Of a stretch of 64,000 bases of DNA, positions 11,428-24,193 are shown piece by piece. The DNA is taken from assembly GCA_964019335.1 (NCBI GenBank), contig OZ025677.1:1-64000 (forward strand), read 5' to 3'. Below the pieces are notes generated by a model, which was not told where the DNA came from, did not search any database, and saw only the letters and a program-made list of their open reading frames with translations. The DNA comes from Diplonema japonicum. Its lineage: Eukaryota > Protista > Euglenozoa: Diplonemea. The first letter of the stretch is position 1, and every line of letters begins with the position of its first letter. A program made the position numbers and the translations under genes.

Positions 11428-12509
11428 CTTATTTTTTTTTTTTTTTTTTTTTTTTTTTCGAGGAAAAAAAAAAAAAAAAAAAAAAAAAAAAACGGGCCCC
11501 ACCCGCTTACACGCCCCTTCCCTCCTGTTTTGTTGTTGTTGTTTTGTGTAAAACGGACAATAAAAAAAAAAAAAAAAAAAAAAAACTAACTAAAAGAAAC
11601 AGAAGCCGGAAAAAGAAAAAAAAAAAAAGAGAAAAAGAGAACAGCCTGGTGTTGAGTAAAGGAAAAAAAAAAAGAAAAAAAAAAAAAAAACTCCGGTCTC
11701 GTAGTGGAAACTTATCTCGGCCACCCTTACCTTCCCCTTGATGCGTTTCTGCAAACTGCATTTTTTTTTTTTTTTTTTTTTTTTCTTTTGTATACTGCTG
11801 TACACTCTAAAGTGTCATCATCAATATTGTTGCTGCCTGCGTAGGTGGCAGCTATACCGCCGAGATTCGGCATTAAAAAAAAAAAAAAAAAAAAAGAAAA
11901 AAGGGCAAATAGCAAGATCGTAAGGGGTTTTATCCCCCCCCCAAAAAAAAGAAAGCTGATGCTGTTTTTAGGTGTAGTTGTACTCGAAAGCGGGTGTTCC
12001 TGGGGACACCCTTTTTCTTTTTCCTAAATATTGCACTTCAACCCCCACAAGAAGGGCCCTCGACTCAAGTTGCACACATAAGTGTGTAACATAGAATACT
12101 TCAGCCTGCCACGCAGCTAGATAATAAAAAAGAAAAAAAAAAAAAAAAAAAAAAAACTATTTCGATCAATATCTAAAAAGAAAAATCAGGTGCTCACGGG
12201 GAGATAGGTTTAAAGGGGTGGTGTTAAATAACTCAAACAAAGTCAAACCATGGGCCCCGCAAGTAAAAATCTGGCACTGATTTTTCTTTTTTTCTTTTTT
12301 TTTTTTTCTTATTTCTTTATCGTTCCGAAGAAAAAAATGTCAACAAAATGACCCACCTGCGGCGGGGAAAACCCCGGCAGATTTTTTAAGTCGTTTCACT
12401 TTTCACGTAAAAAAACACATCCAGAGGCTTCGAGGACGAACGCAGAAGTTGCAAAGCGGCAGAAGCTGGAACAGGGAGGCAATTCCCAAAAAAAAAAAAA
12501 AAAAAAAAA

Positions 12510-12835
12510 GGGGCTTTGATTGCAACACTAGGTGGCGTTAAGCGTGCAATGAAGCACGAACTACCTACTTGATTACAGGGGGCGCTCCTCGGCCGAGCAG
12601 TAGCTTCTTCTGCGTTCCGCGTCGTGTCCTTAATGCGTGCGGTGTGCTCAACCCTAGCCGGGGCGTCCCGGGTAACCAAGATTCTGTGCTCGTGCAGTCT
12701 GCTGCCTGTTCGTCACCCTGAGCATCTGCGTTACGTTCTTCCACTCGGGCGCTACCGGTGATGACCGACGAGGAGGTCAACAGCGAACAACACATCTGAT
12801 GTACTTCTTAAATTTTCATGATATCCCCACCACCT
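12510..12835 (-). mobile_element. Non-autonomous ribozyme-headed retroelement, copy 3 (C-type tail)
   Basis: Body homologous to copy 2; the 3' ~55 nt are different (..CACCTAGTGTTGCAATCAAAGCCCC) and are followed by T22. Confidence 0.9.
12701..12834 (-). ncRNA. HDV-like ribozyme (predicted, intact)
   Basis: All helices are as in copy 2; substitutions are confined to J1/2 and the P4 loop. Confidence 0.85.
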
Positions 12836-13212
12836 AAAAAAAAAAAAAAAAAAAAAAAATGTCGACTTTTTTTAATCCGGACGGCTACTTGTTAAGGAAA
12901 ATCACCTAACTTTAGAACTGCTTGTCCAATTCTTAAGGTTATTTTTTTTTTTTTTTCCGGTAAAAAAAAAAAGAAAGAAAAAAAAAAAGAAGAAGAAAAG
13001 AATTGCGGAGGTTGAACAGAAGAAAGAAGAAAAAAAAAGAAAAATGATTTCTGAAACCTAATGTGAGGTGATATTTAATTCTTTTGCCCCCCCCCCCCCC
13101 CCCCTGCGACAAACTTTTTTCCGTTTTTGAATAAATAATAATACGACCGTGTCACTAATGTTGCCCCTGGAAAAAAAGGCGATATTTAAGGGGGGGAAAG
13201 TGGGGTGTTTAA

Positions 13213-15008
13213 CCATCTACCAACGGACCATTTTTGCCCACCAGGGGTAAATTTTCAAAACTTCAAAAAAAGCTATTCTAGCGCAACGCCGGGGCTATAT
13301 GCCCCCGAAAATGCCTCCAGATGTCCCAATTCTAGAGAGAGGGTGCCCACAGCAGGGCCCACCCCCACAACATTGTCAAAAATATCGTTCCTGAAGTGCT
13401 CGAGAGGGGGTACAAAAAACAAGTCAAAAAAAATCGACTGTAAATTCTATAAAAAGCTATTTAAGGCCTTCTTGTCGCGGTTCGTACGTGCCCCAGGGCT
13501 GGGGGACTTCTTTTTTGACCCCGAGAGGGGTTTCTGGGGGGTATCCCCGGCAAGGTGGCAGTCTTTGAAGCACGGAGTCACGCAAAGTTGTACCAAGCAG
13601 GCTGAACACTGAAATAGGGGTCTTTTCGACTTGAAATGCTTGCACCGCACGTTGCACTACTTTTTCGGGGAAATGGTCCCAGAAGGTACTGTCACGGCGC
13701 ATTGGGGTCTCAGAGCACTCGTTCTGTGTTTCGGGGCATGGTATTGGGGCAGCCTGCTCTGTAGTTGACTTTATCTGTTGTTTAGACTGCCTCCCTAGTA
13801 GCCCTTCGATGACTGCCTCTTTGAAAGGCGTCAATACACTGTCGTTCGTACTCAGGGTGTTGGGGGGCAAGGCTTCTTTCCAAACAAGCCAAGCATTCGC
13901 CAGAGATTTACCTAACAAGTACGAAAATACTTTTAGGGGCCACTTTTAAGTCATAAGGGTGCGTTTATGGCGTTTTGTCACAGCATCACCCAGCGTCGGT
14001 TCCGCCCATTGCGGTGTTGTAAATATGCACTTGGTGGGGAACAAGATGGCCTTTCCGGCTTTCATTCTCTTTTGGCGGACGGTCAAATTTGACTTCACTG
14101 GAACATCCAACGTCGATAGAAAGCACACAGGCTTGATGTCATGCCACGTTGTGGTGCAAAGGATGCTCGCGTGCTGGTGGAACTGTGTCCCCACGGGATG
14201 CGCGTCCTTGGGCTTGCGGCCTCGCTTCTTTGGGGCATCCATGATCTCCGGGAGGCCTTCGCGATAGGTAGAAGTCAGCACGCTTGTTTGTTTCGCTGTG
14301 GAAACACAGATTTCCCAGAATAGTCAAAAAGCGGTCTCTTGACATGACGGTAGCGTACCCAGGTGTAGTTGAGAAACGTGGAGCCAGTGCACCAGTAATC
14401 AGAATAATCTGGCTTGATATCCAAGTCCATCGACAAAAGGACACCTAGGAAGGTACGCAGAGAAGCAGCATCGAGATCCAGGGAGACACCTTTTTTAGCC
14501 GCATTTGCCACATTGTTCGAAGTTATGACCCGAATAAAGTTTGGACGAGCATTTGGGAGAATATATGGAATGGCGTTGAGCCTCTGATGTCAAAACAGGG
14601 TCCACAAGGATTCCGATCTTCACGAAACCGGATGCCTTCCAACTGCTCTGGCTTTGCCGTCCAATCACCCTGCTGTGACTCGGAATCGGTCGAATTCGTG
14701 TCAGAATCACTGTTTGTTTCAAAATTGCATAATAGGGATGAGCCATCAGTGCTGCCATCACTCATAACGTCCTCTTCCGGCCTCTTTCCGGGCGCCTTTT
14801 TTTGAAGTGATTTTTAAGGGTAAATTTGGGCTGGCGTTTTTTTTATTTTTTCATTTTCTTGTTAAGTTAGGGCAGCATTTAGTTTATATTTTTCATATTT
14901 TCCGCGCAGGACCCCGCCGGCAAGAAAGGGCCGGGCCGTATTGCATTGAAAGCCCTTTGCGTAAAAGATTTTTTTTCATTATATATATAGACGCTCGTTG
15001 ATAGATGG
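13213..15008 (-). mobile_element. piggyBac transposon with degenerate transposase
   Basis: TTAA duplications at 13209-13212 and 15009-15012; 13-bp TIR CCATCTA(C/T)CAACG. Confidence 0.92.
13447..14765 (-). pseudogene. piggyBac transposase, frameshifted and internally deleted
   Basis: Fragments LRTFLGVLLSM..DYW, MSRDRFLTILGNL, WHDIKPVCFLST, LANAWLVWK and the C-terminal Cys-rich FQCSACLVQLCVTPCFKDCH lie in different frames. Confidence 0.88.
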
Positions 15009-17351
15009 TTAAAAAAAAAAAAAAAAAAAAGATGCGCCGAAGAGGGAGCCACACACAAACACCTACGTCGGGTGTTCCCCATGAAAGAGATTTTACGATT
15101 AGGAGCTTACCCACCCTTCTATTCCACTAGTGACATGACGTAAAAATAAGGGAGGGACAAAAGAGAAACGAAAACCCGTTTTTATTACGTCCTCCCACGC
15201 TAACGTAAATTTTTGAGCTTCAGTAAAATACAAAATTTTAGAGCACTTCCTACTTATAGCTTGCATGGGTGCGCAAGCGGCTGCCTAGGATTACATACCA
15301 GGTGGTTTTTTTTCTTCTTCTTTTTTTTTTTTTTTTTTTTTTTCCAGGCAGCGAAATCGAGTAAGGCGTGCACACATATTTCTTTTTTCGATTTTCTTTC
15401 TTTTTTTTTTTTTTATTTTTTTTTTTTTTTATAAACGTTCCCTAGAAGGGGCAAGAATGGAAGAGACATGCTTCTTTTTTTTTCTTTTTTTTTTCTTTAA
15501 AGAACCGGTTGATGGTTGCTTGGCACAGCCGGGGGGTTAACCTGTAGGAAGGGATAAGCCCAACAATGCTACCACACTCTTTTTAGCACATAACAATTCA
15601 GTAGTCAAAATATTGTTTTTATTTTTTTTTCTTGTTCAACCAGACGGACAGGCGGTGGGGGTTTTTTTAAAGAAAAAAAAAAAGAAGCACTTCTCATTAT
15701 CCTTTTGTGGGGAAAATGTTTTCTTTTCTCTTTCAATAGAATAAAAAAAGGGGGGCTTTTTTTGTTTTAGCATGCTGGCGGGGGATAAATACTGCATGCT
15801 ACCACTACTCCTTCCTTGCTCTTACAAGAAACTGTGCAGTTCTTGTTAAAATTCAATAAGATTACTTATTTTATGTTGCCAATATAGAAATGTTTTACGC
15901 TCTGGGTCCGTAAGTGACCCACCAGAAATCGCAAAATGACGGGCTAGAAGGATTTGCGTCCGGACCCAAATGTGTGGTCCCTGGGCCCCCCTGAAAGAAA
16001 CCACTATGTAAATAGGCCGGGTTACTGAACGGGCCCGAAGCGCAAAAAAGAAAAAGAAAGAAAACAAAAAAATATAAATACTTAATATCTGAGTTAAAAA
16101 AAAAAAGAGGTCATTGTGATATGCCCTCCCCCCCCCCCCCCCCCCCCGCTCAGTTTTAAAAATAATTTAGAAAGAAACCCAGGGCTGACAGCACCCAAAA
16201 AAAAAAAAAATATTTTCCCCCCTTTTCTAATTCACTCTCAATTATAATTTTTTTTCTTTTCCAAGCCAGACTATTAAAGGAGGGTCTCGAATTCGAGTTC
16301 CCTCTCATTTTTTTTTTTATATTTTTTTTTAGAAAAAAAAGAAGGGAAGATATCTAGGAGGGCAGACTGTGACGAAACAAAAAAATAGGGGAGAGGGTGA
16401 GCTTTTTAGGGGGAATTGAAACATTTTCTTCAATTTTCTTCAAATTGTTTCGTTTTTTTCTTTTTTTTTCCCGTTTTTTTTCCCCCTTCTTTCTTATGTC
16501 GTTGGCAAGCAGTTTGCATAACCTTTTTTTTAAGGCTAACGCGTAAAAAGAAAAGGGGGGGGGGGGAAATCTAAAAAAAAAAAAAAAACCGCCCCATCGT
16601 TACGGGTTCATAAGTTGCGAGCTGAAAAAAAGTGCTGCTTGTTTCAAGTTGTGACGTATAAAAAAGACAACCTAGCCACAAATGCGTACATGCAGCCTAG
16701 CCATTCGGGAATAAAGAAGAAAAAAAAAAAAAAGTACAAATTCATGAAACAAAGTTTACTTTCTCTGAACGGCCGCTGCAGCCAATCCGCACAGTGGCCT
16801 CAGGTTTCAGATTGCCAAAAACGTCACAAGCAGTGCATCGATGTAAAAAATTTCATTTTTTTGAAAGCAGCTTTTTTGTCAGTAAATAAAAAGATGTATT
16901 TATGAAAAACATCAAAAGCGCGCATACGTACCTAAAATATGATGGATACTGGCCGAGATAAGTGCATGTATGGGGTATGCACTGTGCATTGGATTGGAGG
17001 GAAAGAAAGAAAAAAGAACAAAAGTTAAAAAAAAAAAAAAAAAAAGAAGAAGATGCTTGAAGTAAAACAAAAAGTTCATTGCGTCTCCTAAAAATGTGCT
17101 GGGAAAAAACACACACACACACACAAAAAAGAATCAGTAAATGGATGTCATTAACTATCAACAGCAAATCGGGCGCAATGACTTGAGGGGTGGCCAGGAA
17201 AGAAAAAAAACATTTTACTTCTTTTTTTTTTTTATTTCTTCTTTTCTCCCTTTTCCCTCCATTACCCTCCTTTTTTTGGGGGGGCTCGAGCAAAAAAAAG
17301 CAGCATATCATCATTTATTATCGAAAAGAAGGGGAAAAGAGAGAAAAAAAA

Positions 17352-18086
17352 GATGTCTTTGAAGGGAACCTGCAGTATGTGACAGGATCGCCTAACGACA
17401 ATCAACTCATCTAGTGTTTGATCCCTTCTGTCGTGGTAGTGCCTTAGGCCCGTCGTAGTATCTCATCAACAGCTTGGGCGTGAAACCGACTAGCGAGTTG
17501 TTGAGGATGCAATGCGTTCGCAGTTGCTCCTCTAGGATCGGGTGGGTTGCCTTCGGGGACGCGAAGACCGGACGAGTGGAGTATCCAATGATGGAATGGC
17601 TGTGGAGCCCCAGGGTACGCAGTGAGTGTACTGACTTCTTAGTTTCTGCTGGAATCAGGTGATTCCCAGTTCCTGTTCTGTGTGCCCTGTCCAGGACGTT
17701 GAGGATTCTTCCGATTTTCCTAGCCCAGCATGCCAGGTCTTCACCACCCATGTGGATTCTCTCCGTTGCTATGAAGTCGACAGCAAGCTCCGCCTTGGAC
17801 ACTTGCCCTCCATCCTTGCCCCATTTCAGGGCACTCAGCCATTTGAGGACAAACGGGATCAGCCCCGGGAAGTACTTCTTCCCCAGCCCGTGCTTGTGAT
17901 ACCAAATGAGGGGTTTCGGTTCTAATAGGTTTCCCGGTTGGAATGGTCTTTTCCAGAAGTGTAGATTGTCGTATCTGACCTGCTTCTCGGTGTGCAGGCT
18001 CTCGAGTTTCCCCGCAATTTCCGCAAACATCAGGTGTAGTTCCTTGACACTTGTCAGGCTTATGTCCATATCAGAGGTAATAATGC
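17352..18086 (-). mobile_element. 5'-truncated non-LTR retrotransposon, family B
   Basis: The ORF portion (KWLSALKW..VSKAELAVDF..VHSLRTLG..PVFASPK) is homologous to the ORF2 C-terminus of the LINE. The distinct 3' UTR ends GGCGATCCTG..CAGGTTCCCTTCAAAGACATC+T-run. Confidence 0.85.
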
Positions 18087-18089
18087 CGT

Positions 18090-18106
<17 letters not shown>

Positions 18107-18121
<15 letters not shown>

Positions 18122-18879
18122 GAGTTAAAGGAAGTCTTTGTGAGACGCCCCCTTGTTCTCATCTTCTACCTGCGCCTATCCCCTTTCAGCAGCGGTTTCT
18201 CCTCCTTTGGTGGTCTTGCCGGCCTTCTCCCCAGCCTGGCCGCTCTTTCTCTTCGTTCTCTTGCCCATTGTCCTTTCAACGCCTCTAGGTCATGCTTGGT
18301 CTTCGGTGATGCAAATATCGCCCTCCTGTTCCATCCGATCACCGCCTTTGTCCTCCCGATGGATCGTAGTGTGTGCACCCTTGTGCACGGCTCAGCTGGG
18401 AAGGCCCTCCTTCCTTTCACCTTCTTCAGCACCCTCCCTAGCTCCCATGTGTGCCAGATCTTCTTCATCAGTCCATGCAATCTCCTCGCTTTCTGCTGTA
18501 CTTCTGCGAGATCCCCCAGCTTCCCTCCAAGGGTCTTCCCGGTCACGTTCTCGAAATCCAGTGCCAGCTCCACCGTCGACACTGACGTGTTCCTGCTGCC
18601 TGCATACCAGCGCAGTTGCCGCATCCACCTCAGCACCTCCTTCGTGTACTCCCGTAGGACATCCCCTGCCGGTAGCTTGCCGAAGTCCTTGTCCGACGGT
18701 ACTGGGTGTTCTTGACCTTGTGTGATCTCCAGCCACTGGTGTGTGTGGTACACCTCCTGCCTCTTCGCCTGTAGGGCTGCGTCCCGCTCCCCCACCACCG
18801 CCAGCAGGTACCTCTGCGTTCCTTCGAGCCTTTCCCTGACATCCTTCCCTGCTCCCCTTGGCAGGATGCCATGCAGCTT
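18107..18879 (-). mobile_element. 5'-truncated non-LTR retrotransposon, family A
   Basis: Clearly homologous to 33022-33785. Flanked on both sides by CGT(A)n (18087-18106 and 18880-18899), a target-site duplication. Confidence 0.92.
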
Positions 18880-18881
18880 CG

Positions 18882-18912
<31 letters not shown>

Positions 18913-19384
18913 TACTCGATCTATTTTATTTTTTTTCCCGCGATAGTTGGTGCCCACCGTGTGGGTCGGGGACCTTTCTTCCGAAGTGTTGGAGCACTTC
19001 TTACCAGTCTCGACCGCCGTCTCGACCTCACAAAAAGAAGTGAAATTAGGAAAGGAGAGAAGGGGGAAACAAAGAGTGTGATGCTGGAATAGAGGCAAAC
19101 GTTACGTGAGCTTAAAGTACTATGCAGGTAGTGGTAGTCCGGTGCTAGCCCCCCCCCCCCCCTTTTGCAGCAAAATTAAGTTTAGGTAGAAGATGAGGGG
19201 GGGGGGGAGGGGGGGCTGCTTACCCGATTACTTTCCTTAACTCGTTTTATCTTCATATAAAATAGCAACACATCAGGAGGGGGGAAGGGGGAGGTTTTTT
19301 TTTTTAATCCGGTGGTTTTTTTTTTTTTGTTTTGTCATGAGCGCACTGGGTGGATTTATAGGGGGGGGGGGGTGCTCTGTCAAC

Positions 19385-19450
19385 GAATAGCTGAGTACAA
19401 ACGAAGTCATTGTGAGCCGCCCCCTTGTTCTCATCTTCTACCTGCACCTA
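19385..19450 (-). mobile_element. Solo LINE-A 3' tail, diverged
   Basis: GTGAGCCGCCCCCTTGTTCTCATCTTCTACCTGCACCTA matches the LINE-A stop/3'UTR. Confidence 0.75.
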
Positions 19451-19765
19451 AAGACAATATACTACCGTAGCCAAGATCAAATCGAAAAACACTTTATTGG
19501 TTTTTTTTTTTCCTTTTTTTTTTCTCTTCGATTCACTATTTTCGGGTGGAAAAAAAAGAAAAAAGGAAAAAAAAAAAAATTGTGACTTTTCCTAGGGGGG
19601 GGTTTGATGTTGGGGGTGCCTTAGGTGCCGCATCCACAACGGATACTTAATGTGGTGTTGCAACACCTGAATTCTCATCACCAGAAAAGCACAACAGGCC
19701 AGAGAAATGGATCCCCTCCCCAGACCTAGAAACAGGCCACTAAAAAAAAAAAAAGGGATTTCTTT

Positions 19766-20411
19766 TTATCCATCGGAGTTGCCACCAGAAGTGCTTACTT
19801 CTTGTTGATGCTCCTCCGAATCAGGTTCGGCGAGAGTAGCCGTGACGATAGGAGGGGTGAATATCAAGTCGTATTTCTGGAAGAAATAAAAAAAAGATTT
19901 TTTTTTTTTTAAAACAAAAAAAAAGAAATACCTTCAGGAGCACAATTATCCTCCAACACGATATGATATTTGAAAGGTTGAGCCCTGTAGTGCAAATCAC
20001 GAGCAACAGGATCAGAAACCGGTCTTCACCATCTGTGAACATACTGTAGATGGGAACTGGTACCATAGCACAATAGAGAGAAGACATGAAGAGGGACAGC
20101 AAGTAGGTGTTGTGGCGCGAGCAGCAGCCATCAAACAGAATCCCTTTTGTGAACGTGGCGTCAGTGATAGACCATCTGACAGCAAGGAGACCTGCTATCA
20201 AGCCACAAAGCGCCACCCGTGTGACGAATATACTGCTCAGCAAGGAGAACACCAGGAGACTGGCCCCCAGCCGGAGGCACCAGACTCTTTTTCGCCTGAC
20301 TTCTGCTTCTCGTCCCTCGCTTTCTCCAGAATCCACAATAACCCCTGTTACAGGTGCGGTGTTATCGCTTATTGATATAACACTTTCTTCCACTCGGGAA
20401 GGAGCATCCAT
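19766..20411 (-). CDS. Small multi-pass membrane protein; probable intron at 19877-19931
   Basis: About four hydrophobic segments. Removing the 55-nt GTATTT...TTCCAG intron replaces poly-F/K junk with KYDLIFTPPIVTATLAEPDSEEHQQEVSTSGGNSDG*. Confidence 0.7.
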
Positions 20412-20449
20412 CAACTCCCTGTGGAGTGTTTTGATTATTTGAAAAAGAG

Positions 20450-20483
<34 letters not shown>

Positions 20484-20672
20484 GAAATAAGTTATTAGAG
20501 GGAGAGGGAGGGAAATATAGAAGAGAAAAAAAAATAAAACAGGATGGGTTGTGTAGTTGAATAAAACAGGGAGGGGCGGGGCTGAGTACTAAACGTTTTG
20601 CTAACCGTCCCCCCGCCCCCCTTTTTTTTTGTTCAGACAAAAGGTCGTTTCTCGCAAAAAAAAAAAAAAAAA

Positions 20673-20722
20673 TATATATATATGAGTTAAAGGAAGTCTT
20701 TGTGAGACGCCCCCTTGTTCTC
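20673..20722 (-). mobile_element. Solo LINE-A 3' tail
   Basis: TATATGAGTTAAAGGAAGTCTTTGTGAGACGCCCCCTTGTTCTC is identical to 33023-33066 and lies between A-runs. Confidence 0.85.
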
Positions 20723-20966
20723 AAAAAAATTCTTTTTTTTTTTTAAACCCATAAAGAACGGGGCTTTCCCCCCTCCTTTTTTTTTTTTTTTGAAAGAAAG
20801 AATAGTACTGCAACAGTCTGGGATCGTGTGTAAAAATAATGTGTTCAAGAACTAGAACTGAAATAATAATTAAAATATCATGATTCTTTCTTTCTTTTTT
20901 TTTTTTTTTTTTTGGCTGAAACAGCCGTCTATGTGTGGGTGTAAAAAAACTAGTTTGGCGCTCCAT

Positions 20967-21062
20967 TTGTTTGTGCGCACGAGCGGAATTTTACCTAATA
21001 AAATAGCTCATTACGCTGCCATCAACTAGTTTTTAGTCTCGACAATAATATTGTTAAAACAG
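20967..21062. repeat. ~100-bp dispersed repeat, copy 2
   Basis: Near-identical to 3021-3120. Confidence 0.8.
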
Positions 21063-21224
21063 AAAAAAATAAAAGGGGGAGACAAAAAAAAAGTAAAGGG
21101 AGGGGCGGCAAGAAAAGATGAAATTTTAATACAGTCACAAACATCAAATTGTGTATTTTATCCACAAAAGAAAGAAAAGAAAAGAAAAGAGAAAAGAAAA
21201 GAAAAACTGGCGATTTGTTGTGCA

Positions 21225-21316
21225 CACTAGCACTAGCACTAGCACTAGCACTAGCACTAGCACTAGCACTAGCACTAGCACTAGCACTAGCACTAGCACT
21301 AGCACTAGCACTAGCA
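21225..21316. repeat. (CACTAG)n hexanucleotide microsatellite, ~15 units
   Basis: Perfect tandem repeat. Confidence 0.95.
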
Positions 21317-21772
21317 CATTTTTTCTCTCTTTAATAGTCCTTCTATAAAAAAAAAGAGATATGCAAACTGACGCTTTTTTTTTTCTCCTTTCTCGTTTTT
21401 AGTTTTCTTTTTTTTTTTTTTTTTTTTTTGTTTGTTGTTTTTCCAATCAAAAAAAAAAAAATCACGTTTGACAAAAGTCAAAAATCTTATGTTATCACAC
21501 AACAAAACAAAACGGAAAAAAAAAAAGGAGGTCGTTGCAAGACGCCCCTCATTAAAATAAAAAAAATAAAAATAAAAACTATTCTTTTAAGGTATGCGTT
21601 TTGCGCTCACCGACCGAGCTGAACTTAGTCCCCGTTGTCCCCGTTCTGGGGGCTCTGGCGGGCCTACTACGGTGTGTGGTCGGTCCTCCGATACAGCGCA
21701 GGGAGTTGACACGCTCCACTCGCGCCGCTGGGAACGCCGCCCCTCTGCCATCAGCATAGTTCCTGGATACGC

Positions 21773-21812
<40 letters not shown>

Positions 21813-21918
21813 AGGAGTGAAATGTTTTAAAGGGGCAACTGTCCCGGGGGGAGGCATAGAGAAATAAAAAAAAAAAAAAAAAGACTGAAGTAAAAGAGAA
21901 AAAGAAAAAGGGCAAGAC

Positions 21919-22947
21919 CTAAAATTTTTCTATTGCTAGAGGGGGTTTTTTTCTTCTCCCCCTCCACCTCACACACCGGAGGCGGAGCAGATCCTTTGCG
22001 TCCCGCCCTCCAGGCAAACGCTGCAACGCGACACACGACGGCGTGAGCGCAGGAATGCAGCTAGAATGCAACATGCTCGATGCATAGTATAGTGAAGTCA
22101 ACCCTTTCGAATCCTGAGCCAAACGGGACGCCCCAAGCTTGAGAAGACTTTTCACAACTGCAGCATTACAAGACTGAGCGGCAACATGCAGCGGCGTCAA
22201 AAGACCTGCCTTTGTGGTCGATAAAATCAATGACGAATCATAACTATGAAGCAGTTTGATGATGTTGGGAGTGCCCTCAGAGGCAGCGAAGTGCATGCAG
22301 TTGTACCCCCTGCATCTCGATGGGAGGCTGGGATCACCGCCTGAACTGATCAAAATAGATATTTCATTCGTTCGAGCACCGCTTTTACACGCCAAATGGA
22401 GAGGGGAATAACCTTTCTTCGCAAGCTCGTTTGGCCTCCCACCCGCCTGCAAGAGAACTTTTAAACACTCCAACCGCTTCAATATTATCGCTGATTCAAG
22501 CAAGCTAACTGAAACGGGGCTTCCTATGCTTAAAAGGTATTCAAGAGCTTCCGGTTGATCGGAAGAAATAGATTTTTTCGCGTACTTTTCTGAACCTGTT
22601 CCCGAAGTGAGGAAGGTCTTGTCGATGCCCGCCTTGATGAGTATTGTAGCGAGCTCCGTGTCGCCTGTGCTGATGGATTTTTTCAAAACAGATGGGGAGG
22701 GGGTGACTTTCTTCTCTTTCAGAATGGCCAGGGCTAGTTGTTTTTCAGAGACGCGGACCTCTATGTCGTCACCTTGAGCTAGGCCCAAGCTGCCCACGTT
22801 GCCTTCGATACCCCACACTGTGTAACATCCCTCCTCCAGGTCCATCACCTCTCCTATTCTTCTTTCCGCTGCTTGTATTGTGTCGTCCACGTAGATCTCC
22901 ACTTCGTATCTCAGTGTTTCGAGCCTTGCGGTGACAGTCACAGACAT
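21919..22947 (-). CDS. Ankyrin-repeat protein with N-terminal ubiquitin-like region; 3' end possibly spliced (intron 21773-21976, stop 21751)
   Basis: GYSPLHLACKSG, GYNCMHFAASEG, LTPLHVAAQS and GLTSLYYA ankyrin motifs; a candidate GTGTGT..AAAG intron gives ..LLRLRRIQELC*. Confidence 0.85.
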   Translation of the reverse strand: MSVTVTARLETLRYEVEIYVDDTIQAAERRIGEVMDLEEGCYTVWGIEGNVGSLGLAQGDDIEVRVSEKQLALAILKEKKVTPSPSVLKKSISTGDTELATILIKAGIDKTFLTSGTGSEKYAKKSISSDQPEALEYLLSIGSPVSVSLLESAIILKRLECLKVLLQAGGRPNELAKKGYSPLHLACKSGARTNEISILISSGGDPSLPSRCRGYNCMHFAASEGTPNIIKLLHSYDSSLILSTTKAGLLTPLHVAAQSCNAAVVKSLLKLGASRLAQDSKGLTSLYYASSMLHSSCIPALTPSCVALQRLPGGRDAKDLLRLRCVRWRGRRKKPPLAIEKF

Positions 22948-23479
22948 CGTGTTGCAGTCCTTTTGTTGCTTATGTCCTTGAGCATGTATGTGTGCCTGTG
23001 TGTGTGTGTGTGTGTTTTTTTTTCTTTTTTTTTTTCTTTTTTTTTTGTAATACATCGTGAATAATATTTAAAAAAAAAAAAAAGAAGGAGAGAAGAAACA
23101 CTTTACAAACGCGCGTTTAACGGTGTGTCCACGAGATTAAAAAAAAGGGGGGTAAAAAAAAATAGATCAATCACATTTCAATGGCACAGGGTGAGTGGGA
23201 ACAGCAGGGAGCGGGGGGGGGGGGGGGGGGGTAGAAGGAAAAAACTTAGCAGCTAGACGCTTGGGGGAAAAAAAAAAAAGAAAAAAAAAAACAACGAGAA
23301 AGGCAAAGAAAAAGAAGAAGAAGAAAATGAAAAGAAAAAAGAAATAGAACAGTGTTAAGCGAGAAGGTAGAGAAAGGGAACCTGCTGTCGGAATAAAAAA
23401 AAGAAAAACTAATTGGAAAGACCTCCTGTTTTGCTTAAGAGGTGAATCAAGAAAAAAAAAGAAAAGAAAAAAAAAAAAA

Positions 23480-23807
23480 GAGACTATTTAAGGGTGCCTG
23501 CAGTATGTGGCAGGGCGCCCTGCACAAGTATCGTCTACTTGATTACAGGGGGCGCGCCTCGGCCTAGTTGTAGCTTCTTCTGCGTTCCGCGTCGTGTCCT
23601 TAATGCGTGCGGTGTACAGCTCAACCCCAGCCGGGGCGTCCCGGGTAACCAAGATTCTGCGCTCGTGTAGTTTGCTGCCTGTTCGTCACCCTGAGCATCT
23701 GCATTATGTTCTTCCACTCGGGCGCTACCGGTGATGACCGACGAGGGGTCAACAGCGAACAACACATCTGATGTTTTTCTTATATTTTCATGTTATCCCC
23801 ACCACCT
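23480..23807 (-). mobile_element. Non-autonomous ribozyme-headed retroelement, copy 4 (B-type tail, 13-bp TSD)
   Basis: AAAAAAAGAAAAG is duplicated at 23454-23466 and 23808-23820, with an extra A13 (sense-strand T tail) at 23467-23479. The tail resembles the family B 3' end; L3 has a 1-nt deletion. Confidence 0.9.
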
Positions 23808-24193
23808 AAAAAAAGAAAAGGCATCCCCTTCAAGGGTACCCAGCGCCCCAGTAGGTTGGGGTTGGGGTGCTGTTTCCATCCACTGTTCGACGGAGGTCAG
23901 GAAGAGCAGCTCCTTTCACGAAACAAAAAAAACAAAACAAAAAAAAAAAAAAGAGAAGAGTTTTTTAAGGTGGACGTATATCGGTTATAGGCCGTCAACG
24001 CGCAAAAAAGAAGAAGAAGAAAGAAAAGAGAGATAAAAAAAAACGTTATTCAGCTTTCTTTTTTTTTTTTTTTTTTTGATGCGATAATCACAGCATTTTT
24101 TTTCTTATTTGCGAAAAAAAAAGGGGGGGATGGGCGGAGAAAGAAAATTCACCTCTCCAGAAAAAAGAATTAAGAGGGACAAAAAAAAAAAAA

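Noticed and set aside
15898-16043. Imperfect ~23-bp inverted repeat, possible old MITE
   Set aside because: Several mismatches, no TSD, single copy in the window
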